Assembly (NCBI GenBank): GCA_963759275.1
Contig: CAVWYZ010000014.1
Coordinates: 865,201 to 929,200, forward strand
DNA: 64,000 nucleotides
Direction of reading: 5' to 3'
From: Candidatus Acidiferrales bacterium
GTDB taxonomy: Bacteria > Acidobacteriota > Terriglobia > Acidiferrales > UBA7541
Both the position numbers and the translations under genes were made by a program. Positions 47,551 to 58,841 of this stretch are shown one piece after another (positions within the stretch are counted from its first letter, which is position 1; each line of letters begins with the position of its first letter). The notes under the pieces are model-generated. The model searched no databases. It was not told the origin of the DNA and saw only the letters and a list, made by a program, of their open reading frames with translations.

Positions 47551-50500
47551 ATGACTGGGAATTGTTTCACGAAGCTTTCGAAACGGCTGGGCAGAATTTT
47601 CTTCGGGGGGTTCTTCCTTTTCCTGCTAGGTTTCCCCTCGATACTACTGGCACAGGGGTATTTCGGGACAGTGAGCGGCGAACTCACCGATCCGAGCGGC
47701 GCAGTGGTACCCGGTGCCAAGGTAGTCATCACCGACGTGGCCAAAGGTTTCACGTTTGCGGCTACGTCCGATAGCGCGGGACGTTATCTGCTGACTTCGG
47801 TTCCTCCCGGCGTGTACACCTTGACGGTAACCGTCGAAGGGTTTCAACGGGAAGTACGCACGGAGGTGAAGATCACCGTCAGCGAGAATGCCACGGCAAA
47901 CTTCCGCCTGAAGGTGGCGACTGCCACGCAGAGTGTGGAAGTGCAGGCGCAGACGCAGGCGCTGGCAACCGAGGACGCAGTGACGGGACAGGTGGTCAAC
48001 CGCAAGTTCATCAACGACCTGCCACTGGTTGACCGATATGTACTGGACTTTGTCATGCTGGCTCCCGGCATGAACGCCATGAGCGACCAGAACTCCGTGG
48101 GCGATACCGGAACAAACTTCGTCTCGAATGGTAGCCGCGGCGCTAGCGCGGACATTCTGATGGACGGCGCCTCCATCACCAACTTCGAACCCAATGGCGG
48201 CATCACGGCAGTGACCTATACTCCGTCCGCAGAAGCAGTCGAAGAGTTCAAAGTCGAGCAGACCAATTTCAGCGCGGAGTATGGGTTCACGGGTTCCTCG
48301 GTGGTCAACATGATCACGCGCTCGGGCGGTAATTCGTTCCATGGCGGAGTCTACGACTTTATTCGCAACAGCATGACTGACGCCAACAATTGGTTCGCCA
48401 ACGCGGCGGAGCAACCCATTTCTCCGCTGCACCGGCATAATTATGGCGGCACCCTTGGCGGGCCGATCAAGAAGGACAAGCTCTTCTTCTTCTTCGACTG
48501 GGATGGCACGCGCGACACGAGCATGGCCACCGCACAGGCTGGCGTTCCCACCGACGCGGAACGCCAAGGAAATTTTGGCGGACTTTGCGCGGCGGCCGGC
48601 GGCACCTTTAATTCCGCGGGAGAGTGCATGTCCGGCCAGCAAGTTGATCCCGCGGGACAGCTTTGGGATCCTTATTCGGGCGTTTATTACTCTAATGTTC
48701 CAAACGCGCCCGCGAATTACCCTACCTATTCCAGCGATCTGGGTTCTGGCGCATACCGCAGCACCTTTATCCCGTTTAACAACCTTGCTACCTACACAAG
48801 TCCGGGCAATCCCAACCTTAACGGCACGAGTTATCAGTTGCCCCAAGTCCGTGGCAATTTGATCGATCCGGTCGCCCAGAAGATGATGTCCTATTTCCCG
48901 GAGCCGAATTACGCGGGTAACGGCATCTATGACAATTGGGTTGGCGCCGGTTCCAATCGCGGCGCGAACGACCAGTTCGACCTGAAGATCGATTACCGCA
49001 TCAGCGAAAAGAACCTGCTTAGCGGGAAATACTCGCAACAGTGGTGGAATAACACTCCGTACAACTGCTTCAAGAATTTCACCGACCCCTGCGGCAGCGG
49101 CACCAATTCTGGTACGGCCCACTTGTTCGCCCTCAACGATACGTACACGTTCAGCCCCACGCTGATCCTCACCAGCACTCTTGGGTTTACCCGCGGCACG
49201 TGGAACATTGATGCCTACAACTCGAGCCTAAATTCGAATCCCCTTAGCACACTGGGCTTCCCGTCCTATTTAAATAGCAACGGGTTTATGGGGGTTCCGT
49301 CGATGTTTATCGGCGACTACTATTCCGCTGGCTATACCAGCATCGGCCAGGATCCCTATGGCAATTACCGGCAAGGCCAGGACACTGGGCAGTTGAGCGA
49401 GCTGCTAACGAAGATCAAGGGAAAGCACGAACTGAAATTCGGTTTCGAAGGACGCATCCACCAGATGAACTACATTCAGACCAACGCACCGAACGGCACC
49501 TTCGGTTTTAACAACCAAGGCAGTTCACAATGCCCGCTCGGCGATATCAGCCAGTGCGGCGGCGATTCCATGGCCAGCTTTATGATGGGGCAGATGGGTG
49601 GTAGCCAAGGCTATGAAATCCAGTTCCGGCCCGCCACCCAAAATTACCAGTTTGCGGGATTTGGCCAAGACAACTGGAAAGTGACACCCAAGCTGACTTT
49701 GAATATCGGGCTGCGCTATGACGTTAACCTGCCACGCACGGAACGCTATAACCGGCTGAACTCGTTCGATCCGGACGTCGTTAGCCCGCTAAATGGCGGC
49801 AAGATCTCCTACACCGACCCGCTTACGGGAAAAGCCGTGACGCGCACGCTGTACGGTGGTGAGGTCTTCGCAAATTCCAGCCAACGCACCAACTTCGACA
49901 CCGACTGGAAGGATATCCAACCTCGTTTTGGCTTTTCATATCTACTGACACCGAAGACCGTGATGCGTGGTGGATACGGGATCTACTTCGGCCAGTCGCG
50001 GTCGGGCGCCAGCGGCGTGTTGCCTTACGGTTCAGAGGGATTTAATCAGTGGACCGGGGCAATCGGCACCTACAACAACGATGGCGCCACGCCCTATTTG
50101 CATTTTGGGAACCCCTTCCCTAATGGCTTGATCCAGCCGCCGGGAAACACACTGGGCTTGCTGAATGACGTAAGTTACGGAGCCGTGGGTCCGATCCTGA
50201 CGCCGTTCTGGGCAAGAACACCTTATGAACAAGGATGGAGCTTCGGGTTCCAGCGTCAACTGCCGGGCGAAATAGTGGTTACGGCGGATTACGTAGGAAA
50301 GAAGGGAACGCGATTGCCGTACAACGGTGGCAACATCCTTGACATTTTGGGCCCCTCGGTCGAGAAGCTGTCTACCACGCAGATCGCCAGCCTTACCAAC
50401 TATGTGAACAATCCCTTTGCTTCGATCCTGACCACTGGCTCGATGGCCTCCTACTATGCCAACAGCTCCCTTACGGCATCGCAAGTTCAGGCCTATCAAC

Positions 50501-51330
50501 TGGAGTTGCCCTATCCGCAATACACCAGCGTCACGAGCGACGTGCCACCCATTGCCAACTCGATCTACAACGCCCTGCAACTGACGATCGAAAAGCACTA
50601 CTCCAACGGCTTGCAACTCTCCGCCAATTACACATGGTCCAAGTCCATTGACGATTCTTCCATGTACGACACCAACGTGGCATGGCTCGCGGGCACTACC
50701 GGTGGTCTCTGGGAACCTCAGGATCCCAACAAGCCTTGGCTCGACCGCAGCCTCTCAACCTTTGATGTACCGCAGATGCTCAAAATCAACTACACCTACG
50801 ATCTGCCAATCGGCCACGGGCGCCCTTATCTTAACGACATGCCTCGTGTGCTCGAGCTCATCGTGGGCGGGTGGAAAACTGCCGGTGTCTGGACCTTCCA
50901 GAAGGGATTTCCACTTAACTTTGAAACTTACGGAGCCTCGATACCGACCTACGGACCCCAGCGCCCCAATCTGGTCTGCGCACCGAAGCGTACGGGCGGT
51001 GGCGACGGCAATTGGGTGTACAACTACTTCGCGAACCCCAACTGCTTCCAGACACCGGATGCCTACACCCTGGGCAATGCGGCTCGGGCCCTCAGCTCGA
51101 TCCGGAGTCCGTTCTTCTTCACCACCAACCTGTCCATTTCTAAGGATTTTGGACTTGTGCCCAGCCACGAGAACGTGAAGCTGGAACTGCGCCTGGAGGC
51201 ACAGAATGCCTTCAACCACCCGGTTTTTGGCACACCGGACACGACTGTGGGCGATGCGAACTTTGGAGTCATCAGCTACACAACGGTCGGGCCCCGGCAA
51301 TGTCAATTGGCGCTGAAACTATCGTTCTAA
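47551..51330 (+). CDS. Oar-like TonB-dependent receptor (carboxypeptidase-regulatory-like N-domain + barrel)
   Basis: AAGGAG RBS; G..SG..TDPSGAVVPGAKV, EAVEEFKVEQTNFSAEYG, TRSGGNSFHG..YDF.RN, QDNWKVTPKLTLNIGLRY; C-terminal PRQ.QLALKLSF. Confidence 0.92.
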   Translation: MTGNCFTKLSKRLGRIFFGGFFLFLLGFPSILLAQGYFGTVSGELTDPSGAVVPGAKVVITDVAKGFTFAATSDSAGRYLLTSVPPGVYTLTVTVEGFQREVRTEVKITVSENATANFRLKVATATQSVEVQAQTQALATEDAVTGQVVNRKFINDLPLVDRYVLDFVMLAPGMNAMSDQNSVGDTGTNFVSNGSRGASADILMDGASITNFEPNGGITAVTYTPSAEAVEEFKVEQTNFSAEYGFTGSSVVNMITRSGGNSFHGGVYDFIRNSMTDANNWFANAAEQPISPLHRHNYGGTLGGPIKKDKLFFFFDWDGTRDTSMATAQAGVPTDAERQGNFGGLCAAAGGTFNSAGECMSGQQVDPAGQLWDPYSGVYYSNVPNAPANYPTYSSDLGSGAYRSTFIPFNNLATYTSPGNPNLNGTSYQLPQVRGNLIDPVAQKMMSYFPEPNYAGNGIYDNWVGAGSNRGANDQFDLKIDYRISEKNLLSGKYSQQWWNNTPYNCFKNFTDPCGSGTNSGTAHLFALNDTYTFSPTLILTSTLGFTRGTWNIDAYNSSLNSNPLSTLGFPSYLNSNGFMGVPSMFIGDYYSAGYTSIGQDPYGNYRQGQDTGQLSELLTKIKGKHELKFGFEGRIHQMNYIQTNAPNGTFGFNNQGSSQCPLGDISQCGGDSMASFMMGQMGGSQGYEIQFRPATQNYQFAGFGQDNWKVTPKLTLNIGLRYDVNLPRTERYNRLNSFDPDVVSPLNGGKISYTDPLTGKAVTRTLYGGEVFANSSQRTNFDTDWKDIQPRFGFSYLLTPKTVMRGGYGIYFGQSRSGASGVLPYGSEGFNQWTGAIGTYNNDGATPYLHFGNPFPNGLIQPPGNTLGLLNDVSYGAVGPILTPFWARTPYEQGWSFGFQRQLPGEIVVTADYVGKKGTRLPYNGGNILDILGPSVEKLSTTQIASLTNYVNNPFASILTTGSMASYYANSSLTASQVQAYQLELPYPQYTSVTSDVPPIANSIYNALQLTIEKHYSNGLQLSANYTWSKSIDDSSMYDTNVAWLAGTTGGLWEPQDPNKPWLDRSLSTFDVPQMLKINYTYDLPIGHGRPYLNDMPRVLELIVGGWKTAGVWTFQKGFPLNFETYGASIPTYGPQRPNLVCAPKRTGGGDGNWVYNYFANPNCFQTPDAYTLGNAARALSSIRSPFFFTTNLSISKDFGLVPSHENVKLELRLEAQNAFNHPVFGTPDTTVGDANFGVISYTTVGPRQCQLALKLSF

Positions 51331-51610
51331 GTCCAGCAGCCTTACCAGGCGTGGGCTGGAGAGGTTGAAACCAACAGAGTATGGATTGAGGTAGGTGGTC
51401 GAACTCACTGAGGTTCAGCGAGTTGGTTTGGAATTAGCAACTAAATTCCGGGGAAGCCGGATTACCGAAAAGGTTTATTTTAATAGCTGTCCGCCGGTTT
51501 GAAATTCCCAATCCGAGCTATTGCTTCGACTTCAATCGAAGATTAATTTCAATTGGGACCTTCGTGGGGACTTGCCTCGTTGCGCTATATTTGAGCCTCG
51601 AGTTCCATCA

Positions 51611-51751
51611 ATGATCAAGATACTGATTGCAGATGACCACGCCATTGTCCGCGCTGGTCTGCGGAAACTCCTGGACCCGGACCGCGCTGTTACCGTGGTT
51701 GGCGAAGCCACCAACGGCGCCGAGTGTGTCGAGATGCTCGGCCGTCTCAAA
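51611..51751 (+). pseudogene. N-terminal fragment of a NarL/LuxR-type receiver domain
   Basis: MIKILIADDHAIVRAGLRKLL....TVVGEA.NG.E...M...LK; truncated before the phospho-Asp strand. Confidence 0.7.
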
Positions 51752-51820
51752 ACCTTCCATAAACCTGTAACGGAAGGTTTGCCGACCACTCGTCCGGAAC
51801 CCGGACTCGCGGATAAGTCA

Positions 51821-52366
51821 CTATTTGATGCGTTCCCATAGAAGCTTAAACGTCGCATTCTTTCGATCAATTACTCCTCCTTTCCCATCCTCGCGGGGGA
51901 TAAGGAGAAGGCGATCATCGCCTTGAAATTCGAACCATCGGACATTATTGACGCCGCGCCAATTTGGCGGGCTTGCGTCTTCCAAGTGGTGAGTGACCGT
52001 TTGCGCCTTCAAATCCAGCGTGTATGTGCCGTAATACGAAATGTAATTATCGAAGGCAGCCACCTTCTCTTCGCCAGTACCGCCGGCGGGCCCGTTAACG
52101 AAGGGCTTGCGAATACCCTTAATGTCGATCTGGACAGCCATCCAGCCGGACCGATCGTAGATGATGAGGCCCGTAGGGTGATCATAAGCAAAGTGAAAAG
52201 TGGCGTCTGTGCCCTCTACCGAAACCAATCGCCAAGCTGCGATCAATTTTTGGGCGACCTTGTCCTGTTGCGACTCGGCGTGTATTCCGAACCACGCACC
52301 ACTGAGGACGCAGAGACCGATTACGCATAAGGATAGAACGCGGTGCTTTGCCAGTTGGGGCTTCAT
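51821..52366 (-). CDS. Secreted lipocalin-like domain protein (Lipocalin_5 type)
   Basis: KLI.AWRLVS, P.GLIIYD.SG.MAVQI, YISYYGTY, VTHH, and L.WER at the end. Confidence 0.8.
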   Translation of the reverse strand: MKPQLAKHRVLSLCVIGLCVLSGAWFGIHAESQQDKVAQKLIAAWRLVSVEGTDATFHFAYDHPTGLIIYDRSGWMAVQIDIKGIRKPFVNGPAGGTGEEKVAAFDNYISYYGTYTLDLKAQTVTHHLEDASPPNWRGVNNVRWFEFQGDDRLLLIPREDGKGGVIDRKNATFKLLWERIK

Positions 52367-52517
52367 CTTCAGTCTCCCTATCAATCTCAAGTAACTCCAA
52401 AGAAGACGCCGCGGCAAACCGGGATTTCAGCGCTGCCGCCTTAGGAGCTAAGGCGTACCGAGTCGTGAGATTGTACAGTATTGAAAAGCGCGGGATATGG
52501 ATTGTGCATGGATGACG

Positions 52518-52751
52518 CTAGTGCTTAATCGGACGCGCGTTTTGGCGGGGCAGTGGAGCTGGTCTCTGCGCGCGTTCGATTAAGCCGTTAGCAGGGAGCC
52601 GCCCGTGGTTGCGGCGGACGCGGGCCCTAACTACGGCAGCGGTTGGCACAGGGTTCGTGGACGCTTTCCTCGTCTTCACTGGTTTTATCGTGACCTTACT
52701 CCGCTTCGAATTCTTCGTTGTCTTCTCGGACCGCATCGATTTCTTTGCCAT
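52518..52751 (-). CDS. Small, very basic hypothetical protein
   Basis: GGAGGG RBS; K/R-rich sequence MAKKSMRSEKTTKNSKRSK... Confidence 0.35.
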   Translation of the reverse strand: MAKKSMRSEKTTKNSKRSKVTIKPVKTRKASTNPVPTAAVVRARVRRNHGRLPANGLIERAQRPAPLPRQNARPIKH

Positions 52752-52923
52752 TTCGTTCCCTCCATGGAACTCGCGAACCATACGCGTGTTTAGAGACAAG
52801 TAAAGCGAAAATAATGGGATGCTCCAGAATTGTGCGGAGCCGCACCCGGCACTCCACCAACAATTTATTGACTTCCCTTCCACCCCCTCTCTAACATCGC
52901 AGCGCGGAGTTGCGCTCCCAACC

Positions 52924-54916
52924 ATGATCGGCAAAACCATCTCTCACTACTGCATCCTTGAAAGACTCGGCGGCGGTGGTATGGGCGTTGTTTATAAAGC
53001 AGAGGACACCAAGCTCCATCGCTTCGTTGCCCTGAAGTTCCTTCCTGACGGTTTTGCGACTGCGCTATCAGCACGCCTCGGAAATGCGTTCCGAACTGAT
53101 GCGCCTGAAGCGCGATTCCGATTCCGGCCGGACCTCTTCATCCGCGAGCCGTGCCGCTAACGAACTCCCTGCGGAACCTTTCGCTCGTTCGGTTACGGCA
53201 GTTGCCCCGTCAACGAGGATTGCGCTGAGCCGATTCATGGTTTTGGGAGTTTGCGTCGCTCTACTCGCTTCAGCTTTTGCGGCGTATCACTTCTGGCCCC
53301 GCCCTAACACGCCGAGCGGCACCCTGAGCGTTAGGCGAATCAGCCAGTGGAACAAACCCATCAACAACGCGCGGCTCTCTCCCGATGGCCACGCCTTGGC
53401 ATTCGATTCACCTGTTGGCGGCATTCCACAAATCTTCCTCATGCTCGCCTCCGGTGGCGAGCCCCTTCAACTCACGAATGACGAAGGCGACAAATTCGTG
53501 AATACCTTTTCCCCGGACGGCAAGGAGATCTATTACGGAAGGATGCTGGGTCGCGAGGAGGTTTGGGCGGTGCCTACGCTCGGTGGTACACCTCGACATG
53601 CGGCGTCTGCCGGCTACGTGGTTCCGTCGTTGGATGGCAGCTCCATTTTTTATGGCAAATATGGAAGCTCGGGAATCTATCGTTCCGAGAAGTCTGGACT
53701 GAACGAAGAATTGGTGTACGACTCCGAAAATACCGGCTTGGTCTTTAGGCCGCTTCTACTGTTTCCCGGCGGCGACGACCTCCTAGCTTATGCTACTCGC
53801 GATTTCTCGGCCACCGTCAGCTTTTACAAAATCAAATTGACCAGCCGCGCAGCCGTTGAATTGGGTGAAGTGTCCGGCAACCCCGTCGATGCGGTTTGGG
53901 CCGAACCGGGTAAAACCCTTCTCTTCAGCCGCAACATTAATGGTCTGACCAACATTTGGAGCTACAATCTGAACGATCGGAGGCTCACGCAGATTACCTT
54001 CGGAACTGGCCCTGACTACTCACCGATGGTGGATTTGTCCGGCAAGGGAATTTACTTTGTTAACGGCAGATCCTCTGGCTCCTTGACCGTATACCACGTC
54101 CAATCAAAGGAATCGACGGACATCGTGCCGGAGGAGGCCACGCAGCCATCCATTTCGCCGGATAACAAACGCGTCATGTATATTACGTCCCGCGGACACG
54201 ATAGAAGCGAACTTTGGGTGGCAGATATCGACGGAGCCAACAAAGTGAAGGTCGCGGGCGGAGATACGCTTGGGACTGGTGCCTGGGCACCCGATAATCT
54301 TCATCTGTCCTTTAGCGAGGCGCCAGCCGCCGGAGGCGGCAATGAGTACCTGGTCGCAAGCGATGGCAGTGGTCTTCTGAAGATGCCTCAACTCGGCGGT
54401 ATCCCCTACGATGCGGTGTGGAGTCCTGAACAGAAATCCGTTTTTGCAAGTGTGTTAGGAAAAGCGAATACCATTACCGTGTGGAGATTAAACGCCGACG
54501 GTTCGAGTCCAGAAATGCTCGTCGACAACTGCGGCTATGTTTCCGACGCTGACCCCAGCGGCCAGTACTTGCTCGGCGTCGAACGCTATGGAGAAAAGAA
54601 CGGAATCTATCAAATCTCTGTTTCCGACCGGAGGTGTACCAAGCTGCTGCCAGACATTGCAACGGAATCCGCGCGCTTTGCTCGCGATGGCAAATCCTTC
54701 TTGTACGCCGTTGCCGCTCGCGGGGAGGTCACGATTTATCGCCAACCCTGGAAAGACGGGAAAACCATCGGAGCTCCCCAAATTGCATTGAAGATTCCAT
54801 TCACGTTCCCCCTGGATTACGGCGGCAATGCTTACGATTTTTCCCGGGACCTCTCCACGCTGGTGTATGCGCGACCCGGCGGTCACGCCGACCTCTACCT
54901 TCTGAGTCAGAAATGA
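52924..54916 (+). pseudogene. Ser/Thr kinase + TolB/PD40 beta-propeller gene with most of the kinase domain deleted and a frameshift
   Basis: [39 protein letters not shown] is joined out of frame at ~53058 to [18 protein letters not shown] (kinase end); TM and propeller follow intact. Confidence 0.85.
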
Positions 54917-54980
54917 CGGCCCTAATTCCGATGCGCTGTGGAATTTCTTCACCTGTAATTTCACCTGTAAGAGCTGCGGT

Positions 54981-55382
54981 TTAGCTGTACTTCCACGTAC
55001 TTAGGCAGTCCTCCCACATCCTTCTAAGTTGATGATCTTTGAAGGACAAGTGAAAAGTAGTCGGAAAGAATCCAAGGAAATGAACCGAGCTGAGAAATGG
55101 GAGTGACGTTGGAATCTGAAATACAGCAAGACCGAAGCATGGCACTGGTATTGACGGACGAGACCAAGACCGATCCTCGGGCGTCACCGTTTCTTCAACG
55201 CCGCTGAAGGCATAGAGAACCAGCTTCACATGGCTCGAGATGCCCAGTTTGTCGAAAACAAGGAGCAGATAGTTCCGTACCGTGTGTTCGCTCAGGTTGA
55301 GCTGAATGGCAATCTCCTGATTCCTCATGCTGTGCGCGACCCGCCGCACGACATCTCGTTCGCGCGGCGTAAGACGGGCCAT
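54981..55382 (-). CDS. LuxR-type HTH protein, probably the C-terminal remnant of a response regulator
   Basis: LTPRERDVV..VA..MRNQEIA.QLNLSEHTVRNYL..VFDKLGISS.V.LVLYA. Confidence 0.6.
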   Translation of the reverse strand: MARLTPRERDVVRRVAHSMRNQEIAIQLNLSEHTVRNYLLLVFDKLGISSHVKLVLYAFSGVEETVTPEDRSWSRPSIPVPCFGLAVFQIPTSLPFLSSVHFLGFFPTTFHLSFKDHQLRRMWEDCLSTWKYS

Positions 55383-55995
55383 CCCACCTCCTTTGTTGCG
55401 TGACCCGAAGGGCCACAAATTTGCCGTTACTGAGGTCACCGATACACCCGCGAAAGGAGCATGGACCCGTTTACGAAACCAGACAGTTCGCATTCCAGTG
55501 CCCCGCATCAGCCGCTACCGCGTTCACTAGAACTCGGCAAATTTCTGCTGTGTCTTGGTCGGCCAGGAACCACGGTTTATTCGGGTTGACGCAGAAGCTG
55601 CTGTTCCGAGGCACAATCAGGCAGGAAGGGGCTCCGCCAGGCCGGTCAATATCGCTCTGTCCCACCGTCCCGTGTGCATGTTAGAAACCGCCGCCGATGT
55701 GCGCTGTTCACTTTTGCACAGTCATGCGGAACGCTTCATGCAAAGTCCGCGGCCCGGACTGGCCTCGATTTGGCTCAGCACCCGCGGCGCGCAATTCCTT
55801 GGAGGCTCTCCGAAGGGCTCAAGATGTGGATCGTGGTTGAAGAAGATGGGTGCGTACTCGCATCGAAGTGTCCCGTCAAAAGGCAGAAGATCGAGAGCTA
55901 CTCCGCCTGCGGGCCTTGTTGCGGCACCGTCATCAGTGGGTATGCGTCATGCCGAAGCAGAATAAGCTCTGGTAGGCGGGAGAGCTATGTTTTCC

Positions 55996-56099
55996 TCAAC
56001 GCCGCTGAAGGCGTAGAGGACCAGCTCTACGCGGCTCGAGATACCCAGCTTGTCGAAAATGCGAATCAGATAATTCCGAACCGTGTGTTCCGTCAGGTT
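55996..56099 (-). pseudogene. Second LuxR HTH 3' fragment, degenerate direct repeat of 55195-55298
   Basis: EHTVRNYLIRIFDKLGISSRVELVLYAFSGVE; offset 801 bp. Confidence 0.7.
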
Positions 56100-56442
56100 T
56101 GGCCCGTCTATGCCGACTTCAAAAAAGAAGGCTTAATCGCCGATTACAAAATGTGGTTGAACGACACGACTGATCACCCGGGGAATTGGGACGTCGCTGT
56201 GGGAATCCTGTTCCCGAACCGTAGTAGTAAAAATCTAAATGCTTTCCCTGGTCTCGCTTATGGGACCCAGAGCATCATTTTTCCTCTCTCAGTTGTACGG
56301 AGGCTGTACTTAGAAATATCCGACCTCCCTATGTCTCAGGCTGAATGATTATAAGAGTTTGCGCATCGACTCTGACGATGTCTCCCATCTCACGGATGAC
56401 ACTCGGCTCTTCCCGCAGTTGGTAACTATTCTTCCCGAGACA

Positions 56443-58506
56443 TCATTCCATGTAAGGGTCGCGCAGGGGGCTGACCCCTGTGAGAGCTTCGCGGGATACC
56501 CGCTGAATTTGATTCTCGAGCGCAGAGCGAAGCTCCAGCTCTTCGGGCGCGTACCTGAGTGCATCCGAATAAGCGCGCACGCAATCCTGGCGGGAGCCGC
56601 GCTTCAGATAGAGATTTCCCAGCTGAATATAAACGAAGTAGGCTGTCGGATCAATTTCCACGGAGCGGCGAAACGCTTTTTCCGCCTCCGCATCATCAGG
56701 TTTCTCGCCATAAATCTTGTTGATTCCGAGCCAGTAAGAATCAGAGGCCGCCTGGCCGGGCAAGTAAAAGTTGCCTCGAAAGATGAAGAGATTCCCCAGT
56801 CGCTTTACGGGAGTTGCTTCCCGCAAGGCGGCACTATCCCAAAAACTATTTCTAATAAAGTCGGCCGGGCCGGCAAAGATCGCGCCCGACCTATTCGGGA
56901 GCTCCATGAGCCCACGGTCCCGTTTCTCATCGCTACCAAGACAGTCGATGCCTCTTGCGGCCTTTTCCTCGTCCCAAACCCAATAGAGACAGACAGGCCG
57001 TAGACCATTTGGTTTCAGCTCCTGCCTGTAGTATTCCACGAGCTCTTTCGACCTTTGCAGAAGATCCACGCCTTCATCGCTAAAGTACTTGTAAGCATTC
57101 GCGGAGCCACCCACGAATTCATTGAAATACTCCCAGGGCCGCAGCTGCGGCAGCGCTGACGCGGCCGCTGCGACGAGACCGAGCGCCACGAAAGCCTTGA
57201 GTTGCGGAGGTGTGGAAGATAGCGCCGCCTCAAAGCCGACACCCGCAAAAACGGCGAGCAAAACAACGGCAGGTAAAGCGTGTCGGATTCCTGCGTAGGT
57301 CGCTCCTTGAGAAAGAACCAGCAGAAACAACACCACGACTGCAAACACGACTCCACAAGGAAGGAACCAGTCTGGCGGAATGCGACGAGTGAAAAAGAGA
57401 AACAACCCGAGCAGCACCAGTGCGATCAGGCCGATTGGCACTTTCACGGCAATCATTGCGGGGAAGAAATATTTGGGGCCCTTGAAGTGATATAGCCTGC
57501 CAAAAAACAACTTAGGACTCTCCCGGCCCTCCATTCCCGCACGGATGGTGTCTGCAAAACCCCAGAGATAGGCTCGGGGCACCACATGAGTCGCGGCCAT
57601 TGTTGCTAACACGGCGTGATAACGGGGTGAAGCTACGTCGTTGATTTTTTGTACCAGCGGGCGGTTGAACGACTCCAGCCCAGAAGGAGACTCGGAATAG
57701 CGGAACAGATAGGAAGCCCATAGGACAACCACTGCTCCGCCTAGCACCATGCCAAGCTTTACAAATCTTGGCCATCGAGAGTCCTCTGGCGAGGAAAGCG
57801 GTTGAAGAATGGCAAGCGCGGTACCAATGAGGGCTACGCTCAAGAGCACCACGGGGGCAGAATGTTTGGCGGTCAGAGCAAGCCCGAGAAATGCCGAGCA
57901 AGCCGCAAGGTCGGTCCAGATCCATTCGCGAAAGGCTCTTGCGGCGAGAACGACGGCGGTTGTTGAGAGCAGCGCCACCGGTAGATCGGTCATAACGACG
58001 GGCAGGTGCGCCGCAACCGTCGGGTCAATAGCAAGGAACAGAAGTGTGCCGAGGGAAACGCCCGGATTGAATACACGTTCCAGCGCAAATGCCAGGGCAA
58101 GCAACAAAACGCCATTCAAGGCGTACATCGCTGCCCTCGCACGCCTCTGCACGGAATCAGGGTCGTTCTCCCTAAAAACTGTACGTTGTGTGAACTTCCG
58201 TTCACCCGGCTTATCGTTGAATCGCTGAAGGGAATCCAAACGAAATCCCGACGCCGCAATGATACTGCCCACCCAAAGTTTTACGAGTGGAGGATGCTCC
58301 GGATTGATTCGGAAATCGTGAAACTTCACGTAAGAGACGCCTGCTGTGATGTGATAGGCCTCGTCGATGGTAAAACCGTCGAGTCGCGTCGCGATTGCCG
58401 AACGCAAGATCGCCAGAGCAATCAGGAGCAACGCAAGCCACACAAAACCTTTTCGGCTCAGATTCAATCGCTTCACCAACCGCACTACAAACCCTCGATA
58501 GTTCAC
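56443..58506 (-). CDS. GT-C fold (PMT_2/ArnT, GT39/83-like) membrane glycosyltransferase with a C-terminal TPR
   Basis: T.DE.YHI.AG.SY....DFRINPEHPPL.K, V.TDLP, LAL.AKHS, YAGIRH.LP, YFNE.VGG; TPR at the C-terminus. Confidence 0.8.
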   Translation of the reverse strand: MNYRGFVVRLVKRLNLSRKGFVWLALLLIALAILRSAIATRLDGFTIDEAYHITAGVSYVKFHDFRINPEHPPLVKLWVGSIIAASGFRLDSLQRFNDKPGERKFTQRTVFRENDPDSVQRRARAAMYALNGVLLLALAFALERVFNPGVSLGTLLFLAIDPTVAAHLPVVMTDLPVALLSTTAVVLAARAFREWIWTDLAACSAFLGLALTAKHSAPVVLLSVALIGTALAILQPLSSPEDSRWPRFVKLGMVLGGAVVVLWASYLFRYSESPSGLESFNRPLVQKINDVASPRYHAVLATMAATHVVPRAYLWGFADTIRAGMEGRESPKLFFGRLYHFKGPKYFFPAMIAVKVPIGLIALVLLGLFLFFTRRIPPDWFLPCGVVFAVVVLFLLVLSQGATYAGIRHALPAVVLLAVFAGVGFEAALSSTPPQLKAFVALGLVAAAASALPQLRPWEYFNEFVGGSANAYKYFSDEGVDLLQRSKELVEYYRQELKPNGLRPVCLYWVWDEEKAARGIDCLGSDEKRDRGLMELPNRSGAIFAGPADFIRNSFWDSAALREATPVKRLGNLFIFRGNFYLPGQAASDSYWLGINKIYGEKPDDAEAEKAFRRSVEIDPTAYFVYIQLGNLYLKRGSRQDCVRAYSDALRYAPEELELRSALENQIQRVSREALTGVSPLRDPYME

Positions 58507-58841
58507 TATATTCCCCGTTGTTCACTGGTATAAGGCTTGCCTCTTGGTCCCAATCGACTTTTCATTCTCTTGCAACCAGCGTCCCTCCGGGACAATTTGC
58601 GCCTTCATGCGGATCGACTTCAGGCTTTGCAGCCCACTAGCAAGTTGGCCACATCACTCCATGCAAAGGCGTTTGTCGGTACTAACCCAACGGGCGAGTC
58701 GATAACTTCCGGGTTGCCCGTGATCCGCCCGCAATCGGCGAAATGCAAAAACCCGGGGAGGGGAATTCCCGGTCTACTCGATAGACTATCAGCCCGCGCC
58801 GTACCCGCCCCCGGTCCGCTGAGCATCGTTACCGCGCCGTA

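Noticed and set aside
47644-49122. 492-aa minus-strand ORF
   Set aside because: Antisense shadow of the TonB-dependent receptor.
56359-57003. 214-aa plus-strand ORF
   Set aside because: Shadow of the GT-C/TPR gene's 3' end.
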